Below are positions 46,320 through 56,722 of a stretch of 64,000 bases of DNA, piece after piece (position 1 is the first letter of the stretch; each line of letters opens with the position of its first letter). Below the pieces are notes generated by a model that worked only from the letters and a program-made list of their open reading frames with translations, was not told where the DNA came from and ran no database searches. This DNA is from a virus: positions 35,975-99,974 of the IMG/VR virus record IMGVR_UViG_3300037852_000186. One strand, given 5' to 3'. Made by a program: the position numbers and the translations under genes.

Positions 46320-48761
46320 CCACATGTTGCCGCTAGCTTGGTGAAACGGCCCAAGGATCTGCCAGCTACCCATGACGTACCCTCTATGCTTGGACAACCA
46401 GCTACCTAGCGCCGTCTGTTTGCCGCGTTCCGTCTCGCTGCGGCCTAGTGGGAAGCCCTCAATCCGCTCGGCGATCCCTACCAACTCGCGCGCAAAGAAG
46501 CCGCTATCGATCCTTGTCTCCGCTTCTTTGGCCCAAGTCTCGACAAACATTCGGCCTGCCAGCTCCGCGCCGCTCTCGGCGGACAAGTCGTCTCTGTCGC
46601 CGAGAAAGCCCTTCAACCCAAGCGCCCTAGTCACTCCATTCAGTTTTCGGCAAAACGCTTCGTAGCTGCCTAGCATTGGCCCTCCCTCGTCGCCTTTGCC
46701 GGCGACGCTGCCATATCTGGCAATTGTTATTAGTGCGTTTACCAACTCCACCCTCCTCTGCGCGGCGTACTCAACAATCGTCTGGTGCTTGAACGTGCTC
46801 CGCTGCTCTGGCCTTTCGCATTTCGCGTCCAGCCGCACGCGCAAGCTCCGGCGCATTTGCTCGCGCGATAGCATTGGGTTATTGAGACTACAGCCAAACG
46901 CGGCGCGCACTTGGTAGCGCACCATCAAATGCGTTGCCATCTGCCGGTCCTCCCAGAAGTCGTCTGTCAGCAGATTTTTCAGCGGCACGTACTCCAGCTT
47001 CTCCGCGTTATCGATCAGCACCACGTCCGGATCTCTCGCCATTGCCGCAGTAATCCTCTTGCGCCATTCCTCGTCGTCCTCGCACGGCGGTATATCGACA
47101 ATCACCATGCCTGCCAGCCGCGCTAGCAGCCGCATTAACAGCGTTTTACCAGTGCCTGGCGTCGGCGCCTCAAACCGAAACATCGGCGTCGGCCCATTGA
47201 TCGTCATTCGCAAGATGGGCAACATGGCGAAAATGATCGCATGCGTTTTGTCCACTTCGCTGACGAAAGGGAAGTCGCATATAAGATCGTCTATGACTCC
47301 TAGCGCCTCCTGTGCGTCATCCAAACTCGGCTCCATTTCTCCTCCGGTAAAAACGAATTTCGGCCACGGCAAGTAACAGACGCCAGTAGCGCTATCGAAG
47401 CCCTCTGCGCCGATTGTGCGGCCGTCTGCCGCAATAACCGGCGTCTCTGTCAACCGTTGCAGTACCGGCAGCGTCGATCCGCTCAATATAAGGTTCGCCA
47501 GTAGCGCGTCATTCGGCTGCGTCGGCACGTGCGTGCCGGAAAGGTTTTTGACGAAAGCGATCCGCCCTACCAGCCAATGTCGCAGCAGCCCTTCATTCGC
47601 CACCCGCGCTCGCGCGCGGCCAAAGATGTCGCGGTCCACAATCGTCAATCCTTGCGCGGCTTGAAACAAACTCGGTGGGTTGTTGCACTGTTTGATCGCG
47701 TCCGTCACCCTTTCGGTTTGTACGTGCAAGTCGTGAATCGCGATATCGACCGGCACCCTGAACTGCGCCGGCGTCTCGTTGGCGTCCAGCCGGCGCGCGC
47801 CGCCGTGAATGAAATCGACGACGCGCTGCTCGGTCCAACCGGCCTCTACCAGATCGGCAATGTCATACCCTTCTGGCCAGTGCGGGTCTGGCGCCACGAT
47901 CATAGGCGCCGCTGTTCTTAGAATGTCCGCTATCGCCAGTGCGGCGTCCTTGCAGCTCGTGTCGTTGTCTGGCCAGATATAAATAGTGCCGCCGCGTTCA
48001 AGCAGCGGCTTCCAGTCCGTGTGGTTTTTGCTGACGCGGTTATCGCCGCCTGGCCACGTAGTGATCAGCCAATCTGGCAGCACCTTCTCTGCGGCATGCA
48101 CGCACTTCTCGCCAGACACAATCAGCACTGGCGCGCCGTTCTTGCTGCGAAATGTCTCCAAGTTGTACAGCGGCCTTGGCGACGGTAAGTCGCGCCAGCG
48201 CCATTCGCGGCGTCCGCTGCTATGCTGGCAATAAGCCAGCGGCATTATGTCTTTGCCTTTGCCTGGTACGTCGAAGCGCATTCGGTACATCAGCGCCTGC
48301 CCGTCGGCGTCCAGGTACAGCCACCCGACAAAGCCCTCTGGCGACGGCTCCACGGCACCCGCAGGCACGCCCAGCGGCAACGCCTCGCACAGCACGCCGT
48401 GTGGCACCGGCACAACCGGTGTCCAGGCGTCCTTGGCGGATCGCGGCCTCGGCGCCACTATGCTCAGCATGCGGCCCAGCTCTAGCGCCGCTTCGCCCAT
48501 GCGGATACCGCGTTGCCGTGCTAGCAGAGAGATAAGCCCGCGCCCCCCCTTCTCTGGCGAAGCGAAGTCCACCCAAATTCCTGTCCGCCGATTGATCTTA
48601 AATGACTTGCCGGCGTCACCGTTAATATTGCCGCAGCAATATTCGTCGCCCTCCCAATGTCCGCCCGGTAGAAACCGCTCAAATAAATCGGTTCGCGCAA
48701 GTGCCGCAGCGTCAACTTGTGCGTAAAAATCCGACCAGTCTTGCTGGCTTGCTTGGCTCAC
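46299..48761 (-). CDS. primase-helicase (Zn-binding + TOPRIM + C-terminal ATPase)
   Basis: GIWVDFA, RPLYNL, VLIVSGEKC, IWPDND, GYDIAD; APTPGTGKT (Walker A), VLIDN (Walker B). Confidence 0.88.
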   Translation of the reverse strand: MSQASQQDWSDFYAQVDAAALARTDLFERFLPGGHWEGDEYCCGNINGDAGKSFKINRRTGIWVDFASPEKGGRGLISLLARQRGIRMGEAALELGRMLSIVAPRPRSAKDAWTPVVPVPHGVLCEALPLGVPAGAVEPSPEGFVGWLYLDADGQALMYRMRFDVPGKGKDIMPLAYCQHSSGRREWRWRDLPSPRPLYNLETFRSKNGAPVLIVSGEKCVHAAEKVLPDWLITTWPGGDNRVSKNHTDWKPLLERGGTIYIWPDNDTSCKDAALAIADILRTAAPMIVAPDPHWPEGYDIADLVEAGWTEQRVVDFIHGGARRLDANETPAQFRVPVDIAIHDLHVQTERVTDAIKQCNNPPSLFQAAQGLTIVDRDIFGRARARVANEGLLRHWLVGRIAFVKNLSGTHVPTQPNDALLANLILSGSTLPVLQRLTETPVIAADGRTIGAEGFDSATGVCYLPWPKFVFTGGEMEPSLDDAQEALGVIDDLICDFPFVSEVDKTHAIIFAMLPILRMTINGPTPMFRFEAPTPGTGKTLLMRLLARLAGMVIVDIPPCEDDEEWRKRITAAMARDPDVVLIDNAEKLEYVPLKNLLTDDFWEDRQMATHLMVRYQVRAAFGCSLNNPMLSREQMRRSLRVRLDAKCERPEQRSTFKHQTIVEYAAQRRVELVNALITIARYGSVAGKGDEGGPMLGSYEAFCRKLNGVTRALGLKGFLGDRDDLSAESGAELAGRMFVETWAKEAETRIDSGFFARELVGIAERIEGFPLGRSETERGKQTALGSWLSKHRGYVMGSWQILGPFHQASGNMWRVQKVA

Positions 48762-48783
48762 AACTCACCCGCCCTTTTTCGAG

Positions 48784-49245
48784 TTAGCTTTGAGAGTATT
48801 TAAGAGCTTTGGTTAAAATTTTGTGGACAATGCTGGTGGCCATTCGGCGGTCGCCGGCCAACCAGACGGGGATTCTGTGTTTGACGCTCCACGCGATTAG
48901 GCTGCCCACAGCGCTGTGCGGATGAACGTCGGAGTGAGGCGGAGGGATAAGTAGATCGGGGAAGTTCGCTTCAATAACAATCGCAGGATAGGGAAACTTG
49001 GCCAATCGTTCTAATTCAAGTTCAAAGTTTTCGCGGTTCTGCCCGATGCAACCATATAAGTCCACTAAGGACTTACGTTCCACGGCTACGACTTCTGTTA
49101 GATTTTCGAGAGAGTAATCCGCCGTGGCTAAACGCTGGACCCGTGCGTTAGGCATTGGCAGGGGTAGTTTTTCGCGATCATCGACCAAAATTACCGGGGT
49201 AACTTCTTCACTTTTCATAACCCAAACCCAATCCTCAAGCCGCAA
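48784..49245 (-). CDS. ERCC4-domain nuclease
   Basis: ILVDDREK, LATADYS, VAVERKSLVDL, ELERL. Confidence 0.9.
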   Translation of the reverse strand: MRLEDWVWVMKSEEVTPVILVDDREKLPLPMPNARVQRLATADYSLENLTEVVAVERKSLVDLYGCIGQNRENFELELERLAKFPYPAIVIEANFPDLLIPPPHSDVHPHSAVGSLIAWSVKHRIPVWLAGDRRMATSIVHKILTKALKYSQS

Positions 49246-50899
49246 TCATTTTTCCCAATCTTGTCCACCGCTGCGCTGCCCGGTGCCGTGCCACTTGCGC
49301 GTCTAGCGCCCGTCGCGATCCGATACACATGCACACTTCACGAGCACGCGAAATCGCGGTGTAAGTAAGCTGGGCATCCGCGAGATATTGCGCCGACCCT
49401 GAGCCGTCCATTACGACGATAGTCGCAGGGAACTCGGAGCCTTGGGCTTTGTGGACGGTCAGCGCATACGCCAGCTCAATATTAAAATCCGATCGCTTTG
49501 CCTCAATTTCTCTTTCTGGTGTTTCAAACTGGATCGTTAGTTTGTCTACCGTCGCTTCCAGCACTGTGCCTACGTCCCCGTTCATAACGTCCAATTCATA
49601 GTTGTTGGAGTGCTGTATCACTCGGTCCCCGGTCCACGGCATTGCGTAGTTCTGCGCCTCGGGATTTAGCTGCGCGCGCAGCGCAACATTCAGCGCCTTA
49701 ACCGACAGCAGCCCCTTGTCGCGCAGCGGTGCTAGCACCATAATTTCTTTCTGCGTCAGTCCGTACTTTTCCGGCAGCCGTTTAGTCGCAAATTCAACGA
49801 TCATTTGCTGTGTTTCTTCTGGCTTTTCGCTGCCGAGAAAGTAGAAGTCAAGCGCGGCCTGGTTATCGACGATAACTCGTTTCTCGAAGCGGATAGCGCT
49901 ACAGTTGCGCGCAATCAGCAACTTTGGGTCTTGGCGTTTGAGTTGGGTCAACTCGACGTTCGGCACAGCGCCGCTCGCCAGCAAGTCGCGCAATACGGCT
50001 CCAGGGCCGACGCTCGGCAACTGAAAGGGATCGCCAACCAAAATTAGGCGCGTCCACGGCGCCAGCGCCTCCAACAGGTCGGCGAATAGGCGCACGTCCA
50101 ACATGCTCGCCTCGTCGCAGATCACTAAGTCGGTATCGAGTGGGTGCTTGCGGTTATGCCGAAATCGAAAGCCGCCGCTATGCGCCGCTGGTGCGTCCCT
50201 CCATTCACTCGATTGCTCGTGAATGACGCCGAGCATGCGGTGTACGGTTGTAGCTTCCAAGCCGCTCAGCTCTTCGATCCTTTTGGCGCCTTTGCCGGTT
50301 GGGCAACATAAAAGAGTGTTTTCGTTTTCGGCGATTCGTCTAATTACGTGGGTTTTGCCAGTGCCTGGACTGCCTAGTAATAAAAAGATGTTTGTTCGCT
50401 GAATAACGCCTAGTGCTTCCCTCTGATCGGACCACAGCCCTTGACTGTCCATGCCTTCGGATTTTGGCACTTCACGTTGATACATAGCCTGCGTCTGTTC
50501 AGCGATTACCCTTTCAGCCTGAGTGGTCCGTGTCCGCGAAATTAGTCCATTCTCTTCAATAAAATCGTCGTCATTTAGCGGTAAAGAAGTAGGCAGCGGC
50601 ATTTGTAGACACGCGCCCAGCTCGCCGCCGAAATCGACCGTCGGCAAGCAAGTATTGCCGTGCTGCTCGGCTTCGCCTAGTACGTGCCAAGCGCCGGCGT
50701 TCAGGCGCTCGGGTGAGCCCTTGCCTACGCCGAGCGCCGCCGCCACAAGGTCCGCCCGCCGAAAGCCGACGCCGCGCACGCGCGCTAGCGCATATGGCGC
50801 GGAGCGCCATTCTTCTTTGGGGAATTGCTGCCATACACGTTCGCATAATGTCGATCCAAAACCGTCAACGTCTCGCAGTTCGAACGTCGCTTTTTTCAC
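49235..50899 (-). CDS. RecD2-like SF1B helicase
   Basis: GVGFRRAD, GSPGTGKT, PTGKGAKR, TVHRMLG, DEASMLD, GDPFQLPSVGPG, NGDVG, YALTVHKAQGSEF, YTAISRA. Confidence 0.93.
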   Translation of the reverse strand: MKKATFELRDVDGFGSTLCERVWQQFPKEEWRSAPYALARVRGVGFRRADLVAAALGVGKGSPERLNAGAWHVLGEAEQHGNTCLPTVDFGGELGACLQMPLPTSLPLNDDDFIEENGLISRTRTTQAERVIAEQTQAMYQREVPKSEGMDSQGLWSDQREALGVIQRTNIFLLLGSPGTGKTHVIRRIAENENTLLCCPTGKGAKRIEELSGLEATTVHRMLGVIHEQSSEWRDAPAAHSGGFRFRHNRKHPLDTDLVICDEASMLDVRLFADLLEALAPWTRLILVGDPFQLPSVGPGAVLRDLLASGAVPNVELTQLKRQDPKLLIARNCSAIRFEKRVIVDNQAALDFYFLGSEKPEETQQMIVEFATKRLPEKYGLTQKEIMVLAPLRDKGLLSVKALNVALRAQLNPEAQNYAMPWTGDRVIQHSNNYELDVMNGDVGTVLEATVDKLTIQFETPEREIEAKRSDFNIELAYALTVHKAQGSEFPATIVVMDGSGSAQYLADAQLTYTAISRAREVCMCIGSRRALDAQVARHRAAQRWTRLGKMIAA

Positions 50900-51169
50900 T
50901 GGGTAACTTCCGGCGTCTCTTCGGCGATAATGGCGCGTAGGTGATTGCACGCGGCGATTAGTTCGTTGGCGTGCTCGATAAAGGCTTCGAGGTAATTGTC
51001 GGCTTTATTGTTTTCGCTTCTGCGCCACGAAACATTGAGAAATGCCAACTCGTGTTGGATATTACGCAGATGTTTAGAGTCGCCGAGAAACTCACAGTTA
51101 TAGGTGAGTTCTTCCAACCATTTGAAAGCGTCTGTTCCGGTTGCCATGTGTGTCTCCTTGGTGTGTGCG

Positions 51170-51844
51170 TTAAAACGCCAGATGTTCTTCGTGCGCACAT
51201 GCGCAGCCATGCTCGGACCGCTTGTGCCAGTGCTTGCCTTGGCTGCATTCACCGCATGTGTCCACCGACCCGTTGGCGCTGGGTTTGACGAATCTCACCA
51301 CGTCCTCTGCCTTCATTGGCTCCATGCCAGCAAAACCGACGCGGGGAAAAATAGAGACATTCTTGCCGTCATATTTCATGCAAGTGACGCAGTCGCAGGC
51401 GCCACGCTTGTGCGTATATTTGGCGATCCGGAGTGATTGCCCCTCTTTCAGCTTGTCTGCCGGATCTGGATGATCGACTTGAATCCACCAGTAAGTGCCC
51501 TGGATATCTTCGGGTTCAAGGTCAATTGACTCCTCGTCACCGCCAGCAAAACCGCCGCGCGTATACATCACTTTCACTCGCTTCAGGCCGCCAGGGGTAA
51601 AGTTCAAATTGTCCAGAATCTTCTTTCCGACATACCGGGGATCGAGTAGATACCATTCGAGATTCCACATCTCGTCGCCGTTCTGCGTTGTGCGCCGCGC
51701 AGGGTCGCCAGCAGAATCGAGCATCGGCCCTCCTGCTGCATCATGCAGGAAGGCGTCCACTTGCAATTTGGCCGGATAGCGTCCAATCGGGATGAGTGAG
51801 AAGTCCTGAGATTCCTGTACTTGTTTTAGGTTTACCGTTGGCAT
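51170..51844 (-). CDS. DUF669-like single-stranded DNA-binding protein
   Basis: DFSLIPIGRYPA...GDEMWNLEW...YVGKKILDNL; directly downstream of the recombinase. Confidence 0.65.
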   Translation of the reverse strand: MPTVNLKQVQESQDFSLIPIGRYPAKLQVDAFLHDAAGGPMLDSAGDPARRTTQNGDEMWNLEWYLLDPRYVGKKILDNLNFTPGGLKRVKVMYTRGGFAGGDEESIDLEPEDIQGTYWWIQVDHPDPADKLKEGQSLRIAKYTHKRGACDCVTCMKYDGKNVSIFPRVGFAGMEPMKAEDVVRFVKPSANGSVDTCGECSQGKHWHKRSEHGCACAHEEHLAF

Positions 51845-51845
51845 C

Positions 51846-52904
51846 TTATTTTTTCCCTCTGTTTAATATGCGTGTTACAGTTTTTACTTGGTCGATACTC
51901 AGGTCTTCTTTGCTGGCAACTCCTTGCTGGCCGAGCAACACGTTGATGCGCGCCGGTGGCGAGCGGTCGATTAGCTTGTCGAGTTCGGCGCGCAGGGCTG
52001 TCTCATTGTCCAACACGGCGCCGCTAGCGGTAGTAGCCGCTTCAGTTGCCGACATAACAGCATCCATCTCTTCGCCGTCATCGACGCGAGTCTCTAGGGT
52101 AGGATTATTGGCGGGAGGCCGATTCCCCGCCCCGTCAGCATTTCCGGCATTCTGCCCTTCGTCCTTCGAGGCGCTCGACGGTTCATCCCTCAGCACCTTC
52201 TCAGCTTCTCTAACTGGGGGTTTATCGCTTGCGCGAGACGCAGTGCTAGCACTCGCCCCAGCGTCTTTAGCTCCAGTGTCGGCAACGGAACTTGTTGGTC
52301 CGGCAATTTGAGTTTGCGGTGTTATGTCAATCGCGCTGTGTTCGATGCGCTCGATATCGTCCGGGTCATACGCTGCAATGCCAAAGGCAAGGCGAATTCC
52401 CTGATCGCGTGCCTTCATATAAAGCTGATGAATCGGCATGCTTTGCCAGACATCCGTGTCGCGTTTCCATTCTTTCATTTCCGCACGATAGACGGTTGGA
52501 TACGTGCGGCCTTTGACATGAGTCTTGGTCGTCATCGCCGTAACGACGCCATCCTTATTGGAGTGGTATTCAATTTCTTGACCGTCAAAGTTTTCATCTC
52601 GATTGGCAATCTTAGACCAGCCATCCACTTGAATGCCGACCTGCATGAGTCCGGTTTTCTTGTTGATGTAGGCGTAGCATTCCCGTGCCAGCGGATTGAG
52701 ATCGTATTGCCGCGCAAACGACATCAGCATGAGCAACTGTGCGTTGCTGGCCGCACCGCCTTGAAAGCATTGCGTCCGAATAGTCGCGATCAGATCGTCC
52801 GGTTCTAGGCCGAATCGGTCGCTTAATGCTGCGACCAATTTGCCAAATGGTTGAATTTGCTGCGGTTTGTTGGTGTCTGTGACTACTTTGAGTGTTGTGT
52901 CCAT
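51846..52904 (-). CDS. RecT/Bet single-strand annealing protein
   Basis: QYDLNPLARECY...VDGWSKIAN...W-x-x-MP-x-x-QL...RLAFGI...YDPDD. Confidence 0.9.
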   Translation of the reverse strand: MDTTLKVVTDTNKPQQIQPFGKLVAALSDRFGLEPDDLIATIRTQCFQGGAASNAQLLMLMSFARQYDLNPLARECYAYINKKTGLMQVGIQVDGWSKIANRDENFDGQEIEYHSNKDGVVTAMTTKTHVKGRTYPTVYRAEMKEWKRDTDVWQSMPIHQLYMKARDQGIRLAFGIAAYDPDDIERIEHSAIDITPQTQIAGPTSSVADTGAKDAGASASTASRASDKPPVREAEKVLRDEPSSASKDEGQNAGNADGAGNRPPANNPTLETRVDDGEEMDAVMSATEAATTASGAVLDNETALRAELDKLIDRSPPARINVLLGQQGVASKEDLSIDQVKTVTRILNRGKK

Positions 52905-52974
52905 AGCATTTTGTTGTCGTGCGAGAGAAGGTTTGTCCGCTAGAAAATTGTGACGATGAAGTAAACATACGACT

Positions 52975-53005
52975 TCTTGACAGACATGTCAAGAGACGTT
53001 AGAAT
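52975..53005. promoter_or_regulatory. divergent promoter with palindromic operator
   Basis: TCTTGACA-N4-TGTCAAGA (52975-52994) gives back-to-back -35 boxes; TAGAAT at 53000. Confidence 0.7.
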
Positions 53006-53012
53006 TTCTGAC

Positions 53013-53192
53013 ATGAGAAAGAAACGCGCCCCAGCATCCAAATCCGCCGTGCTGTATCTACGATTACCTTTGGACACTATGAGTAAATTGCAACGTCAAG
53101 CTCAAGCAGAAGACCGGCGTCTAACTGATGTCGCGCGCAGATTTGTTGAAGTGGGACTCGACAACTCGCCGATATCTAAGGGTCCAAGCTGA
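53013..53192 (+). CDS. ribbon-helix-helix regulator
   Basis: LYLRLP...LQRQAQAEDRRLTDVARRFVE. Confidence 0.75.
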   Translation: MRKKRAPASKSAVLYLRLPLDTMSKLQRQAQAEDRRLTDVARRFVEVGLDNSPISKGPS

Positions 53193-53878
53193 TGCCCACC
53201 AGTATTTACCGCCTCAAGTCCGGCAAACGTGTGCCAGGTGTGACCACAATATTGAAGCGCTGGAAGGAATCGGAAGCGCTGATGGCGTGGAATTACAACA
53301 AAGGATACGAAGACGCAGAAGCGGGTTTGCCGCCGGATCGATTTGGACGCGTCAAGGAAGCGGGTGGAATCGGCACATATACGCACGCCCTCGCGGAATG
53401 GCATTTGAAGGGCGAGATAGGCCCCGAGCCGGACCCCGCGCAAATTATCTCCGCTGCTTACTTGAATATTGAGAATATTGCTCGTGGTCGTAATGGCTAT
53501 ACGGAGTTTCTTAATTGGAAGGACCAGACTAATTTGTTTATTATCTCACACGAACATCCCTTGATCAGTGAGCGGTATTCCTATGGAGGCACGCCCGACG
53601 GTTTATCCGAACGCAACAATAAAATCGGATTGATGGACTGGAAGACTTCGGGGCGATTGTATGCTGACTTTCTGTTGCAGCTTGCTGGTTATTGGATATT
53701 GCACGAAGAGACGTTCCCCGATCAGCCAATTGAAGATGGCGTTCATATCGTTCGGTTCGCTAAAGATTATGGCGATTTTTCGCATTATTATTTCGACAAT
53801 CTTGACCGAGAGAAGCGTCAGTTCCTTCGCCTGCGCGAAGCTTACGAAGACGATAGATTGATCAAAGCGAGGGTGTGA
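53192..53878 (+). CDS. PD-(D/E)xK exonuclease (Cas4/lambda-exo-like)
   Basis: VPGVTTIL, GTYTH, E, YGGTPD, MDWKTS, QLAGY. Confidence 0.88.
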   Translation: MPTSIYRLKSGKRVPGVTTILKRWKESEALMAWNYNKGYEDAEAGLPPDRFGRVKEAGGIGTYTHALAEWHLKGEIGPEPDPAQIISAAYLNIENIARGRNGYTEFLNWKDQTNLFIISHEHPLISERYSYGGTPDGLSERNNKIGLMDWKTSGRLYADFLLQLAGYWILHEETFPDQPIEDGVHIVRFAKDYGDFSHYYFDNLDREKRQFLRLREAYEDDRLIKARV

Positions 53879-54127
53879 CGCCCCCGGACGCACAGCAACA
53901 GCCGCCCCCTCTCGCCCTTGACGAGCAGCCTCGTAACACCCCTTATTTCAGTCGCGGAGCAGGAAAGTCGGAAATCTTTATCCGGCTACAGCCGAAGTCG
54001 TTTTATTATTCAGGGTGTCATTGCAGAGATTAATGCAGCGGCGCGGCCGGAATCTGGATGACGCGATAGTGTCCATTTCTTCAAATCCTGAAATTTCGTG
54101 GCTAGGCGAACATTCTCGTGTCTGAGC

Positions 54128-54598
54128 CTAGCGATCTTCGTGACTAAGTCTCCGGGCGTGTTTTTTACCTTCTCGGCTATATTTGTCGTGTACAGCGAGC
54201 GCCTCGCCGGCCCATCGCGTTACAGCACGGTTGCGAGAAGGCTTGAGATGATCGATGAGATGTTGTTCAAAGAGGGCTTCGCTGCTGGCGCGGCATGCCC
54301 AGATGGCGATTGTGTCACCGGAATGGATGGCGTCTGTTGTAATTGCCTCGTGCTGTGGAGAGCAGGGACGGGCAATACCAGAACCCGCCTTCCCAACGTA
54401 GAGAACCGCGCCATCGCGTATCCATGCGTACACTGCTGGTTTGCGCCACGCGATCATCTTGGCGCCAGAAATTATAACGGACGGGCGTCCTAACAGCGTA
54501 TTGATGTATTCGATTGCAGATTCGATTTGCTCGGCGCGGTTGAGCCGTATGCGCTTCGCATTTTGGTCTAACGCTAGGGTTAGCTGCTTCTTTCGCAT
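54128..54598 (-). CDS. GIY-YIG-like nuclease
   Basis: AVYAW...LYVGK...R...E-x-x-LI-x-x-LKP-x-x-N. Confidence 0.7.
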   Translation of the reverse strand: MRKKQLTLALDQNAKRIRLNRAEQIESAIEYINTLLGRPSVIISGAKMIAWRKPAVYAWIRDGAVLYVGKAGSGIARPCSPQHEAITTDAIHSGDTIAIWACRASSEALFEQHLIDHLKPSRNRAVTRWAGEALAVHDKYSREGKKHARRLSHEDR

Positions 54599-54705
54599 CA
54601 GCGGCCGCCCGAAATGTTCGGATGTGGTTCAGATGGCCAGTTAGGCCAGTCCGGTAGGGTAGGGCGGTTAGGCGGGGAATGCTGTGATATTATTGAACTT
54701 TTGTT

Positions 54706-54751
54706 TGGTCGGGGCGGCCGGATTTGAACCGGCGACCACACGCACCCCAAG
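54706..54751 (-). other. attP core: 3' half of tRNA-Pro(GGG)
   Basis: reverse complement CTTGGGGTGCGTGTGGTCGCCGGTTCAAATCCGGCCGCCCCGACCA gives anticodon loop, T-arm and CCA; no 5' half; about 150 bp downstream of int. Confidence 0.85.
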
Positions 54752-54897
54752 TCTTCTGCTGCCCATGAGCGATATGGGTATCGTTTGTAATTCGGCTCTA
54801 TTTGGCCTAACACATAGGAGGGGAGAGCATAATGGGGGACGTCTAACTTACTCATCGTAACCGCCGCACGACTCCCGCTAAATATTCAGATGCGTGT

Positions 54898-56046
54898 TTA
54901 GATAAGATCTTTAAGTAAGTCGATGTCGGGCTTGATCGTTTTCCCTGGCTGCCATCGCCAGTACACCTTGGTCAGCATATCTATATTGGTGTGGCCCATC
55001 TGATCCGCGATGTAGCGCCATTCGGCTCCTTGCTTCAACAACAAGGTGGCAAAGGTATGCCGGCACTGATAGAAGCGGCGATGCTTCACGCCCGCCTGTT
55101 TAAGCGCCGCTTTCCAAGCTCGCCGACTAAAGTTTTGGGGGTTGTACGGCAACCCTTGAGGCCCACGCGCCCATAGCCAAGGACTGCGTAATTCAATTTT
55201 TCCGACTTGCTCTCGTAGCGCGCGGCAGACCGGTTCGATCATATCGACTTCGCGCGCCCGCCGAGCGTTTTTAACTGGCCCAACGCCAAAACGAGTATAT
55301 CGTTGACGGATTTTAATTTTTCGTTCGGCAAAATCTATGTCCGCGATTTTCAGTCCGAAATTTTCGCCAGGGTCAAGCCCCGCCCCAAAAGCCACGGTGA
55401 TAATGCGACGATCTACTGGCGCCCGCGCGTTGGCTAAAATCGCCTTAATCTCGTCGGGCGTAAAAGGATCGATATCGTGATCGGACTTGCCACGCGGATT
55501 CCTGATGCGATTGGCTGGATTGTCGATAACGAGATATTCGCCATCATCGGCATGCTCACCGCGCGCCCAGTTGAATACCGCCGCCACTGTGCGCTTAATT
55601 TTAGCGGCTTGGTCGCGCCGCCCGCTCCGTTGGAGCGGTGCTATCAGCGCCGCGATGTCGCTCGGTCCAATTATTTTGAGAGGCTTATCGGCAATCTCGC
55701 TGGGCCAGATATGCGCATGCAGAGGATTTCGATAGAAACGTACAGTGGCCGGTTGATTGACGTTGGCCTGATGCGCGAGGAACCGTTCACTTGCAACTCG
55801 AAAAGTTGTGCGATCTGGGTCTAGCGCCCGAAATGGCTGGAGATGTTTACAGCGCGGAAAATGCACCGCGAGTTCTGCCCAGCGCTTGAATTGAATCAGC
55901 TCGCGAATGTCCTTTAATAGCGGGCTGCGTCGGCCATCTCGCGTATCTCGAATGTTAGGATAGAGACGCACTTGAACGGTGCGGCCATTAATCATCAGCC
56001 GGAACGCGACGAACAGCCAGCCTCTGTCGGCGTGGACGCTACTCAT
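54898..56046 (-). CDS. int: tyrosine integrase
   Basis: arm-binding N-terminus, DNPAN, PFTPDE, K, FYQCRHTFAT, MGHTN, Y. Confidence 0.93.
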   Translation of the reverse strand: MSSVHADRGWLFVAFRLMINGRTVQVRLYPNIRDTRDGRRSPLLKDIRELIQFKRWAELAVHFPRCKHLQPFRALDPDRTTFRVASERFLAHQANVNQPATVRFYRNPLHAHIWPSEIADKPLKIIGPSDIAALIAPLQRSGRRDQAAKIKRTVAAVFNWARGEHADDGEYLVIDNPANRIRNPRGKSDHDIDPFTPDEIKAILANARAPVDRRIITVAFGAGLDPGENFGLKIADIDFAERKIKIRQRYTRFGVGPVKNARRAREVDMIEPVCRALREQVGKIELRSPWLWARGPQGLPYNPQNFSRRAWKAALKQAGVKHRRFYQCRHTFATLLLKQGAEWRYIADQMGHTNIDMLTKVYWRWQPGKTIKPDIDLLKDLI

Positions 56047-56275
56047 CGTCTTTTCCTTGTATCTCGATTTTGCCAGCTCGCCACCGTGCCAAGAATGTCG
56101 GCCAGTCGATGCGTGTACAACGCGGCCCTAGTCGCAACACGCCTTCCTTCACTCCCCATCTGCCGAGGTGGTTGTACACCGTCGCCCGCGTTATCTTGAG
56201 ACGCTTCGCGAGCTCTGCCGGCGTTAGCATCTCCGCCTGCGTCGGGTCGTTGGCGATTTGGTCAAGCGTGGGCAT
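56039..56275 (-). CDS. excisionase-like HTH
   Basis: MLTPAELAKRLKITRATVY; overlaps the int start. Confidence 0.75.
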   Translation of the reverse strand: MPTLDQIANDPTQAEMLTPAELAKRLKITRATVYNHLGRWGVKEGVLRLGPRCTRIDWPTFLARWRAGKIEIQGKDDE

Positions 56276-56722
56276 CTATTGCAACTGGCCCCCTAAACCT
56301 ATTCGCGTGTCGGTGAAATCAGCTTCCAATGTCTAAGCGCAACAAGCGTGGCGCAGCCTCCGACGAGGCTCACAATCAATGCGGTCGGGTAGGGAAAAGT
56401 TAAAACTTCGGCTGTTATGAATGCGCTCGCCGCGAAAATCCCGCCAACGATAAAATATGCACGTACCAGCGACATCATTGCACCACCCTCAGCCAGGGAA
56501 TCTTGTGCTCCCGCGCATCGCGGACACACGTCAACGCGCCGTGAACGAACGCCCGCTTCACGAGTTCTGCCACCAGTTCCTCGATGTCCGCCTGGTCGGT
56601 CGGACTCGATAACACCTCGTCGAGAATTTTCAAGCTAACGTCCTTGGCGTAATCCTCCGCCAGTGCTTCGAGGGTTGCGTCGATTTTGGCGTTGAGGTTT
56701 CCCTGGGGCATTCCAATCTCCG

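Noticed and set aside
53192-53878. Cas4 or CRISPR system
   Set aside because: No Fe-S cysteine set, other cas genes or repeat-spacer array seen; context near RecT fits a recombination exonuclease.
54706-54780. Complete tRNA-Pro gene
   Set aside because: The 5' acceptor strand, D-arm and 5' anticodon stem are absent; it is a 3' fragment, best read as attP.
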